From NCBI GenBank assembly GCA_023213395.1, contig CM041465.1, forward strand, positions 157,239,741 to 157,303,740: a DNA stretch of 64,000 bases, given 5' to 3'. The notes below the pieces were generated by a model that saw only the letters and a program-made list of their open reading frames with translations, made no database searches and was not told the origin of the DNA. Below are positions 27,420-38,132 of the stretch, in pieces. Source of the stretch: Cycas panzhihuaensis (Eukaryota > Plantae > Cycadophyta). Position numbers and translations under genes: made by a program. Within the stretch, counting starts at the first letter, position 1. The number at the start of each line of letters is the position of its first letter.

Positions 27420-28230
27420 ATTCTTGCATAAGGTTCTATCATGTAGTCATCTATCTTGACCTTGTCTAGTGATACATCATAAATAGTCCTACTTATTTAT
27501 TCAAGGGCCATAAGGTTCTTGAAGTAGGTGGGCTATCTATGAACTAAGGGGTCCCCATCGGCCACTAATTATGGGCCTCCCCTTGGGCCTATACCTCTGA
27601 GTTAATTGAAAAACCAACACTAAAAAAAGGTGTAATATGAGAACCCCTATATGGCTTAGTGCTTAAATCTGGCTAAGCTAAATCCTAATATTGGCCATTA
27701 TTAAGGTCACCCAATCTAGTCATTCTCCCTCCTCACACCACCACACCATATCTATATGTCCACCTGAGATCTCATGGTAGTTTTGGAAACATGAAATCTT
27801 GAATAAAATCACACAGATGATAAGCTTGCAAACATGTAGAATCCTAGAGCTTATCATCCTCCTCACATTACCTTCACATATGTCTCAGTGCCCTCTCCTA
27901 TAGAAGAACGTTGTCGATACTTGATAGGAATTAATCATACTAGGAAGGATGCCCAATTTGGGTGGTGGTCCTATAAAAGTGGCTTAGAGTAATCACCTCA
28001 CATCCTGTGGGGTAATCATAACATCATTGACCTAGGGAAGGTGGAAGGTTTGTCACTAGTTATCCCATTAGGACATGATATTGATTAATAGGGCTTGGTT
28101 TGAGACATACTACCTATATATAACTAGCTTGAGTAGCCCACAATATCTTAGGATATCTCTATCTCTATCATTTATCATTGTTATAAGAACTAGCATAGTT
28201 GAGCCAATGTTCTCATTATTATCAATCATG
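27420..28230 (-). pseudogene. Antisense extra ORF: Plant Mobile Domain (aminotransferase-like, MAIN/MAIL-type) relic
   Basis: Minus strand reads DRDILRYCGLLKLV...NQALLINIMS*WDN**QTFHLP*VNDVMITPQDVR*LL, then DWVTLIMANI, FF*CWFFN, PLVHR*, YDVSLDKVKIDDYMIEPY. These are PMD motifs in the expected order. Confidence 0.75.
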
Positions 28231-31200
28231 ATAGTGGGCACCACAACAAATAAAATATAGGTCAAATATGCAAATAAAAATATATCTACACTTAGAGAAC
28301 ATAAAAAATGCAATAAGAAGCCCTAATTTAATGAATTTGTCACAAAAAATGTCAAAATTTATGTGTTGTTAGTCATCCCACAAAGTTTTTTATCTGACCC
28401 ATGATAGAATAAAGCATCTTGCTAAGATTCTTGTAGTACAACTTGGTTGTTCATGGTACCACAAAGAACCATAACCTATATTGCAAGGTTTTGCGTGACC
28501 CCCAAAAGGATATATTTTCATTAAAAAATTTTAAAATTTAACTTTTGGGTTTAAATTTTATCTATTAGAAATGATTGGGGTGAAATTTTTCCTTAGTCTA
28601 GCCTAAAATAGAGCTCTTATTGGACTTCATTTAATTGGAAAATGAAAATTGAGGACATTACTCTACAAACCCCTAAAATCTTTAAAAAAAAAAAAAAAAT
28701 CTAAAAAATAGAAAGGTTTGGCCTATCAAGTCCAAAGCCTAGGCATCCATCTCAATGTTCTAGATCCAACATGTCTAGTTGAGTGAGATTCTAATGGTAC
28801 ATTTGTCTATTATGAGCCTGGGAAGTTTGTTAACCAAAGTGGGTTTTAAGTTCTTAGAATTTTTTTATAACTTTCATAAATGAAAATGAAATCAACCAAA
28901 AACCTATTTTTATAAAGGCCCAAACCTAATTTCAAGATCTCTATTTTCATCTTATCTATTTCATTACGACCCTAATTTTCTAAGTTTTTAATATGTACAG
29001 TCAATGATACCATTGTTATAGTAGTTACTTTTTGAATTGTACTTTACAATATCGTTCATGTCTATTGGTCCAATAATTAATAAGTTTATTAATCACTCTA
29101 TTATCATTCATTTATTACCTAGGGATAACTATCTCTTGGCATGCTAGTGTTTACAGTCCACATGACCATTTTGGAACATTGGATTCATATTTTTAAGTCT
29201 TATAGACCTTTCTTTTATTAAGCATTGCATAACCCTTTTTTTAATGCACTTTTACTCAATAAGAGCCCTTAGGTAACCCCTCCTATATATAGTCATATTT
29301 ATAGTTAAAAGTCTTAATGTTATGAAACTATCTCAACTACATAGTTAGCTTATGAGTTTCCCATGCCATCTAGTGTTCACCCTCTATAGGACATTTATAC
29401 TCATCATTTTTATTTTGAAAGGTTTTGTGTGTGACTGAGTTGTTTTACAAACTAACTATTTTCTCAGTGTATAGCCTAAGCTCCCAACAAATCTATCTCA
29501 TAATATGCTTCTTAATAGGAGTCCCACTTAATCCCTATTATAGTAGATGACCCAACTTGTCATGATTGCCATTTCAAAGGCCTCTTTTTCAATTATGTCC
29601 TATATGAAATCTCTTAAAGATTATGTGTACAAACTACCTTATTCTCCCTATAGTTTGATGCTCATCACTAGATTCTCAAGTTTTTTATATATTCATTCTA
29701 TTAAAATAGTCTATCATATATTGATTTACTTAGTGTCCTATGAGTTAGATCATCATCACAACACCTTTTCATATTGAAAAATAGGAAAAAAATGCATGTA
29801 TATACACCCCCCAAAAAATATAATACAAAAAAAAAATTATGAATTTATGTATATATATATATATATATATATTCCTCTCACCACATTCTTAAAATCTGGT
29901 ACAAGTTGCATGTCATCTTTGTTCCCACCTATAATTTACAATTTGGGTCTAGACATATGGGTCGTTCAGGACCTACTAATCTAATTTTTGGGTTAATCAT
30001 GGCCTTAGTCATGATTGAAACCTACTTGACATTTTAAAAGCTATAAAATAAACTATAAAAACTTACCACGATAATGATACTAAGCTACTCATGGGGTCCA
30101 TATTTGACTTAATTATATAGTCAAAATAAGCATTTAAACTTGATATCTAGTGGCATTCATTGATTCCTAGTCCATCCTCCTTATTTATTGACTTATCGCC
30201 AAGTTGTTATTACATGTCCCCATGGTATTGGTCATCTATATAGATGGGGGTAGTCATGGGAACCCTAGCCCCTCTATTGTAGCTTGGACTATTTGAGACC
30301 ATTTAAGACATCTCTTGATTTGCTTTGGGATCTATTCACTTAGAGTAACTACCAAGCATAATTGAGTATATTGTTAACATTAAGGCATTAACTAATGTAC
30401 GACATGTTTAGTGTGGCCCTATCTTATCACTTTCTAACTCTTAATTAATTGTCTTCTAACTTATTAAGATCTATCAAGTCTATTACCCTTAACTACACAC
30501 TTTTACTAACCATGCTAAGTCACTCTTATCCCAGTTTTCTATAGTTTCAATCTAACACATTTGATGGGGACATAACACTGAGATCAATTACTTAGTTGCT
30601 CTTATTATTGAGTGTCATCTACCATAAGTAGGTGATTCCCTTTAGGACTATCAACCTTACCAATGAAACTAGGCCTACAGGTCAACCTCCTTATTGCCAC
30701 CTTCAAGAAGCACTAAAGAGGTTAAACTATGGTAACTATGGTCTTTATAGTTTAGGGCAACATTCTCTAAACACATGTTAAGGAGGCTAACCTATGGTAG
30801 ACTACCTTTCCTTTTGTTTTTTATAAGCTCATTGTTAGTCTAACTGGGGTATTATTGATAGCATTCATCATCTTATAACCATCATCTAAAGAGGTTATAT
30901 TACCAATGAGGCAAGTATTTCTCACAATCTGGGAACTTCATGGACATCAAATTCATAGATAAGTGAAGGTATGTATTTATTCATTTCTTAGTTTAATTTA
31001 GTAATTATTTTACAAGCACATGCCCTTTTTTTCCTATTGATCTATTGGTTGAGTATGTTTATGCTTTGTTGATAATGATTTCAACCATGGTTAATGGCCT
31101 TATTATTATCCATTTGATCTTAATGAGTTGATAACATCTCCTTAGAACCTCAACAGGACATGTCCCACCATTCTTTTGCTTTATTTATATATTTCCTCTT

Positions 31201-32255
31201 CTAAACTTGTTCTTTTAATCCCTTTTCATCTAATTTAATCTATTTTTCATTCATTTTCTCTCATCACATTATGATTGTTGCTTGTCCTACCATATTTTTT
31301 GCCATATTGCACTAATTTTTTTTTTTTTACATTCATTTTTACACAAAACTATAGAAAAAACTGAGATTTATAATACCACGATGATTCTTCATGGTACCAC
31401 ACCAAACTTTGCAATATGACTTTTTTCGCTTGTAAATTTTTTTAGGCCCATATTTGGCTACATATTTATGGTGTTAAGATGTGAGCCCTCTTTAGGGATT
31501 CATCAAAACCATGGTCTAACCATGAGTTTTGATGAAACCATGGGCCATTAATTTTCTAGTCTTGTCATTTCCCATCAAAAGCATGGGATTTTACCCATGG
31601 TTTTGGCCCATGGTTTCTTCTAAATCTATGGGCCTAAAACCATAGGCCCAATGCTTCACCCCTATCTATTTACACCCTCTCTTTTTATTAAAAGGAGGCC
31701 ATATTGCAAGTTGATTAAGTTGTTTTTATGTTTTTGAATTTTTATCAAATTATTTATGTTCATCTAACCTTCCTCATTGGCTTCTACTCTTGGCTTTAAA
31801 TCTAATCACTGAACACTATTTTAGCATTTGTTGGCTAGAAAAGATAATCATTAGCATCTCTCCATCTCTCAAAATGGAGCAATCCCCCCCCCCCAACAAA
31901 TTTAGGATTTTCATCCATTTTTTCAAGATTTTACTTATTTCTCTTTCTAGCTTTGAATTACCTTTGTTTATACTTATTTGTTGTGTTATTTTGGCTTTCT
32001 TTCTTTTATATGTTTCACCTCCTTTATTTGTTTATATCTTGTAGCTAAATGAGGGCCTAGTATTATTTATTTGGGCTTCAAAAGAGGTGGATAAGTTTAC
32101 CATTTCTAAGGCCCATTTCACACTTACTTCTACTTGCTTTAAATGTTTGGTTTACTTACCTTATTTGATAGTTTTTTTCTATTTATTCCCTATAATAGTG
32201 TTATATATCACTAACTCATGTAGGTAGTGAAGCTCTATAAGATTTATTATGGGTT

Positions 32256-32694
32256 TGTTGGAGTTAATCATCATCACTCCACTCCTATCTTCCAACTAGG
32301 ATTGTACACCTCATCAACCTCATTTTACACGTGGGTGCTCAACATGTGTAGGTAAGTTAAGTTAAGTTTAACTTTGATTTATGTTAATTTGAGTTAGTTT
32401 CATTTGAGTTAAGTTAGCATTATTTTATTGTTAATTTAAATTTCAGGGGTTGAGGAGTTTCCCTCCTCCCCCAAAATTATAAATATTGAGGGGTGTGTAA
32501 CCCTCATGTCTTTAGACACTGCCCTCATTTGGGAAATTTGTAATGCTCACTTCTCACAATATGGCTTAAATACAATGCTTTCATGGTTTATGCTACATTA
32601 CAACATTGATGTATTGAAAATTTGTATTGATATATTGATCTATTGAAGTTTATTCTATGTTCTGCCCTATTCTCCTGCAATTATATTTCCAACA
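32256..32694 (+). repeat. 5' LTR of the cargo element
   Basis: TGTTGG...CCAACA, followed by the PBS. Confidence 0.95.
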
Positions 32695-33947
32695 TTTGGT
32701 ATCAAAACACACGATTACTGATCTATGAAGTTTTTGTGAAGAAGAAAAGAGATCTACTGACATTTGAGGCAGATTTACTCATAAGCAAAATACTGGTTAT
32801 ATTTATTTTCTATAAATTTTTTTAGCAAGTTTCATATATTTTTCATCAAGATTTATTTATTATTAAGTTATATTTGACAAGTAACAAAGATATTTCAGAT
32901 TTTTCTTCAGATTTGTGCAGATTTATGAAGGAGATCAGTAACAAACTACATATTATTCAAGTTTTCTTCATATTTGTGATATACTTTCTTAGATCTACAT
33001 TTTCATCAAATATTTGGTATTTTTCAAGCAAATTTCTGTCTATTTATCCTTTTTTTTTTATAGATTTATGCAGGATTGTAGTTGCATATAATATTTACTC
33101 AAGTTTTTTCTCAAATTTGAGCTATATTTCTTCAAGATCTGCCTTATATTTTTTAAATCTATTATACTTACATCAGATTTGCAATATTTAGCTTAAGATC
33201 TACAATATTTAACAAGTTTTCTTTAAGATCTATATTTTTACTTCAGATTTGCTAAAGTTTTCTTCAAATCTGAGTTATTTTTTCAAGATCTGCGTATTTT
33301 ATTAAGCATTTTACCATTTTCTACAATATTTGGTTTAGATCTGTTTATTTTAGTTATTATTTTAACATTTTCTGGCATATTTATTTTAGATCTACAACAT
33401 TTAGTACAGATCTGTTATATTTCATTTTAGATTTATATTTTTCATCATATATTTGACCATATTTTTAAGTTTTGTTTACAGATCTGCATTTTTTTGAAGT
33501 ACATACAATAGATCTATCTATTGGAGAATGCATTTGAAAGTTTGAATAGATTATCTATAGCTACATTTCCAGGTTCATCATTTTTTTTTTCAGATTTAAA
33601 CATTTTTTTCTGATATATCTACTTCATATATTTGAAATTTTTTAAATACAAATACATGTATTTCATTTGTTTGATATTTTTTTTTTTATTAAAATATTTA
33701 AAATTTTCTGGTTCATTTGTGTTCCATTGAATTAATAGAAAAAAACTCAACATTATTTTCATATTCTCTTTGTATAAATATATGATTTATTGAAATATTA
33801 CATCCTTTATAAAAAAGGGGGAAATACAATAACTAGTTACATATCGTTTATTAGGTCTTACCTTGGAATGGCAAGCTAAAATTGCCTCTTCAGAATAAAA
33901 GTAAAAGATTTCTGCAAGAAACCATGCCTCAATATCAGTAGGTTGAT

Positions 33948-34104
33948 CAAGCCTCTAATAAAAATATTATAAGTATAAACATTAAGTGAAAGCCTTTCCT
34001 TCAGCATGTGATTATAGTATCTCTTAGCTATATTAATCCTACCATTTCTCAATAAAACATTAAAAATTATTGTATGCCAAAATAGTGTGCCTCACTCCTA
34101 ACTG
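33948..34104 (-). pseudogene. Captured fragment of a P-class PPR gene
   Basis: QLGVRHTILAYNNF/NVLLRNGRINIAKRYYNHMLKERLSLNVYTYNIFIRGL (one frameshift), about 1.3 canonical 35-aa PPR motifs. Confidence 0.85.
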
Positions 34105-34180
34105 ACCCCTTCTTTGCGTAGACATTTAAAAAATGAATGCCACTTTGGCAAACTATTCTCTCTTCCTTGATGGTCAACAA

Positions 34181-34236
34181 GCCATATGTTCTCATCATCA
34201 TTGTCCACAAGAAAAAGTTTGTTCAGGCATCTTGTC
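34181..34236 (-). pseudogene. Captured short fragment of a PLS-class PPR gene
   Basis: DKMPEQ/FFLWTMMMRTYG (one frameshift), resembling the FDKMPERNVFSWTAMIxxY junction of PLS PPRs. Short, so less certain. Confidence 0.6.
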
Positions 34237-34500
34237 ACCAAGTTCTTCAGTTTTGATCACATACTCTGCAACAGTGTCCCTGAAATCTATTGGCTTTGTC
34301 GGCCAACAATGCATGTTTCTATATTTAGCGGGGAAAGTTATTGAAGATAACATATCTCCCCAGCCCAACTATTGGTCTTCAAAAAATGTAGGCTGACCAT
34401 ATCCCTAGTTTGAATCCAGGCCTAATTTTGTTGCATTCGTTGGTTGCTTAACGTACTCTTTCTTCTCTTTTAGATGAAGTTGGGAGAATTCCCTGACAAC
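34237..34500 (-). pseudogene. Captured fragment of a 2-oxoglutarate/Fe(II) dioxygenase (DIOX_N region, SRG1-like)
   Basis: VVREFSQLHLKEKKEYVKQP...*GYGQPTFFEDQ*LGWGDMLSSITFPAKYRNMHCWPTKPIDFRDTVAEYVIKTEELG. Confidence 0.92.
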
Positions 34501-34710
34501 TCTTCTCGTTGCTATCTTTCCAATTGCTCCCTCTCGTGCTGTAACTTTTCTAGATCTCTGCAATCACCCTAGTTAAGTGTCTTTTCTTGAGCTTTCAGAA
34601 TCATGTTAGTAAACTGACTCCTCAGCAAAGTGGCCTGAAGAACTTTATCTAGGGAGACCTATCTCTCAGAGCATCTTCTACATCTTAGTGTCTCCTATGT
34701 CTTATGCTCT
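34501..34710 (-). pseudogene. Captured fragment of a BET bromodomain transcription factor (GTE8/9/10 type, C-terminal coiled-coil region)
   Basis: SER*VSLDKVLQATLLRSQFTNMILKAQEKTLN*GDCRDLEKLQHEREQLER*QREE versus the recalled family consensus ERQVSPDKLYRAALLKNRFADTILKAREKTLxQGDKGDPEKLRREREELERQQREE. Confidence 0.88.
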
Positions 34711-35053
34711 CAGCATATCCACTAAAAAAAATTTTGTCACTTGCATCTTTAATGCCTGAGGGTACGTGATTAAGGGCTATTTTAGTGCTAGATAAAGCAT
34801 GATGGATATTTTTAGGTAAATTCTTTGTATCCCTAAATGCACTGATGGCCACGAGACCTTTATAATCTAACTTAGAGAGAGTTGAGCTTATATTCTATGC
34901 AATTGCATGAGGATCCACTCCATTAGGAACTGGGCAATTCTCTATATCCCACCATACAGATATCTTTGCGTTGGAAAAATCCTCATACTGACATTCTCAT
35001 ACTGCACGACGATCACATATGAGCAATCTTTGCATTGTACTTGCCATTGCCAT
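34711..35053 (-). pseudogene. Captured fragment of a NYN-domain (Limkain-b1/MARF1-like) ribonuclease, N-terminal half
   Basis: [111 protein letters not shown]. Confidence 0.95.
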
Positions 35054-35149
35054 TACTAGTTACTGGTGTTATTGCAGAGGAAATATCAATGATGCAGCAA
35101 TAATTACATTGCTGTGGAAGAACCAGAACAAACAAGGGTTAGATTTACA

Positions 35150-35465
35150 CGCGGGAGGAGGAGGACGATGGCGACGATCTTTGCACTATTATATTTATTT
35201 ATAGTCACTCAGTTTCTCTCTAAACAGCGTCCACGCTCCTTTTTTTAATATTTTTTTTATTATTCTTTTATATTTTTAACATAAATTTATAAGTATATAT
35301 GAACTATCTTAAGTTGCTAGGTAGATCAATTATTTTTATTAAATATCGATCAGCCTAGAGCTTTGATTGATCACCATATGAGTCGTTTTTGCGATTTGCA
35401 TGGATTCGGCTGTGCACTACGCCATGGGGTGTGGCAGATAGCGCACTATTGGTGACATCAGTGCC
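35150..35465 (-). promoter_or_regulatory. Putative antisense Pol II promoter of the cargo cassette
   Basis: TATAAATA on the minus strand at 35196-35203, followed ~35 nt later by a pyrimidine patch (tcctcctcctccc). Local cluster of retained CpGs at 35150-35235 and 35383-35443. Confidence 0.55.
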
Positions 35466-36964
35466 ATTTTTTAAAATTCAAACATTTCATTTTTTTATTT
35501 TATAAGGTTTTAAAATAATTTAATTTTACTGTATAAACTTTTGAATTCTGAGGTTTTAAGGATATAGTCCTCTTTTCTTTCAGCCCTCATTTATATTCAT
35601 ATTTACATGACCATAACGCATCATTAAATGGGCTAACAAACCCTTTATAAACTTTTTTCTTTTTATTTTTTTAAATTTTTTATTTTTACATAGAGTTACT
35701 GGCAAATTTTTGCCATAACTTCTGATTGCGCCATCAGTTTCTAACAAAATCAATTTCATTGCATCATAAATTTTTAGTATATCAATTTCAACTAATCATA
35801 TGACCAATTTGGTGTTAGTTTAACCCCGTTTCGGTGGATTTAAAGTCAAGCAGTCATATTTTGAGTATTTTTTAACTTTTTTACAAAATCACTTTTTGAA
35901 CTGATTATATTTTTCTGCCAGGAGATTATTTTCTACTTGGATCTATTCTACAATGATCTACGTTCAACGAAATTCATTATCCACTTTTTATTTTATTTTT
36001 TAGAATCTATTTTGATTATTATTTTAATCATCAAAGGTGCCACTTTAGTGGTTTTTAGCATTTTTCTTAACATTTTACCATAAAGGTACTTGTTACCATT
36101 TTCATTATAACTTCTATGTTTTGTATCAAAATTTAGTTCTATCAGTTTCGTTCAAAAGATGACTCACACCCCTTCGAATTGACATAGTTTTTTATAAGAT
36201 TTGAAGTGATTTTATTGATTTTCAAAAGCATCAAAGTTGAGGTATTTAATTACCTCAAACCTGCCATAATTACACATTTTGTGTATAATATTTCTCAAAA
36301 TTTTTAATTGAAAATATATTAAGTAGCACTCTAAGATAAATATAACCTTTTTACATTAATTTATAAAGTTTTATTAATATTTTTATAAGTTTTTGAGCTT
36401 CCTACTCTTATTAGGCCTAAAAAATATGCCTATATCTTGGATCATCAAAATTTGACTTATAGGAACTTGTTTTCAAAACGGTTAATTCCATTGGATTCAT
36501 ATTTTATTAATATTCATACTGGTGAAGTTTCATATTCTTCTGACATTGTTTAGTATATTATTAAAGTAGTCAAACTTGAGGTTGTCCTTTAACGCTTCTT
36601 TTAAAAAGTTTCTTCATACTCCTTATCTTTCAAAGTAAAATATATATATATTTCATTTTTTTATCATTATATATTATCATTAAGGCTAAGGATTTATTGC
36701 ATTAAGAATTTATATTTATTCATTTAAAGAAAATCCAAAGGTTAAGGTCTTATTTCAGATTTGTATCGTTAAAAGGATATTAGTATATATTTTTAAAGTT
36801 GCTTCTATATTCATTATTTCCTTATTGCATTTAGTTCATTTATTTTTAAAAGGCATTACATTTCTTTTGAAAAGTATATTTGACATCATATAAGTTTAGT
36901 CACATATTGACTTTATTTAATTTAGTAAAAGCATACATTTTATGTACTAAAGTTTTTTGATAAA

Positions 36965-37675
36965 ATGACACAATTTCCTATATTCAATAGGCATAATTTT
37001 TCATTATGGTACAAGACTATGCAAGACTATTTTATTGAACATGATCTTCTAAAATATTTGTAATATGAATGTGATCTAAGTTTTAAAGAAAATTTTAGAA
37101 AAGATAATGAAGTTTTAGGTTTATTATTTTGCATTATAAATGATGATATTTTTTCAAAGGTTTGTGAATTAACTACTTCTAAATCAATTTGGGATGTATT
37201 GATTTCCACTTATGGGGGAGATACCCTCCATGTATTTGATGATATTTTTGATGAACATGTGAGATAGGTGATAGAACAGGTGAATCATAATGATAACAAC
37301 CATGAAGATTCAGATCAAATGTAGGACCAACTTACTACATAAGTACTTGATCCTCCATTTGAGGGGGAGAATGAATCATATGATATGACAAAGAATTAAC
37401 CTGATGATATGACAGTTGTTCATAGCATAAAAACTACAAAAGATAAAGTTCAAGTTTAAAGTTATTGTAATGCTTCAGTTGATAAAGTTAAAGTTGTAGC
37501 TATTCTTTTTTGTATAAATCAAGCATCATTTACTTACAATTTTTTTACATCATTCCATGGTAAAGAGACATATGTAACTATAACGATGAGAAGAGTTGAT
37601 AAATATCAGATTTTTAAAGTTTTTTTCAAGTACAAGTTTCATAAGTTCAAAGAGAAGATACAAGTGTTCATGATG
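36965..37675 (+). pseudogene. gag: Truncated Copia gag (N-terminal ~90 aa) continuing in frame into an acidic tail
   Basis: MTQFPIFNRHNFSLWYKTMQDYFIEHDLLKYL*...KDNEVLGLLFCIINDDIFSKVCELTTSKSIWDVLISTYGGD. The frame is broken only by TAA/TAG codons consistent with CAA/CAG deamination. Confidence 0.8.
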
Positions 37676-37692
37676 ACCATTAAGGAGGAGAA

Positions 37693-38132
37693 TGTTGGAG
37701 TTAATCATCATCACTTCACTCCCACCTTCCAACCAATATTGTACACTTCATAAACCTCATTTTACACATGTGGGTGCTCAATATGTGTAGGTAAGTTAAG
37801 GTAAGTTTAACTTTGATTTATGTTAATTTGAGTTAGTTTTATTTGAGTTAAGTTAGCATTATTTTATTGTTAATTTAAATTTCAGGAGTTGAAGAGATTC
37901 CTTCTCCCCCAAAATTATAAATATTGAGGGGTGTGCAACCTTAGTGTCTTTAGACATCGCCCTTATTTGGGAAATTTGTAATGCTCACTTCTCACAATAT
38001 GGCTTAAATACAATGCTTTCATGGTTTATGCTATATTGTAACATTGATGTATTGAAGATTTGTATTGATTTATTGATCTATTGAAGTTTATTTTATGTTA
38101 TGCCCTGTTCTCTTACAATTATATTTCCAACT
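37693..38132 (+). repeat. 3' LTR of the cargo element
   Basis: Direct repeat of 32256-32694, preceded by the PPT. Confidence 0.95.

Larger units (their letters stand above)
32256..38132 (+). mobile_element. Non-autonomous Copia-derived LTR retroelement (5.9 kb) carrying captured host-gene fragments
   Basis: LTRs at 32256-32694 and 37693-38132 (~92% identical by hand count); TSD GGGTT/AGGTT; Met-type PBS tggtatcaaaac at 32697-32708; PPT aaggaggagaa at 37682-37692; truncated Copia gag; no PR, INT or RT. Confidence 0.95.

Noticed and set aside
34133-34396. 87-aa plus-strand ORF in the cargo region
   Set aside because: Shadow frame of the minus-strand 2OGD and PPR fragments.
33948-35053. A functional NYN-GTE-2OGD-PPR fusion protein
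   Set aside because: Native frames do not join across junctions, and every piece is partial with stops or frameshifts.
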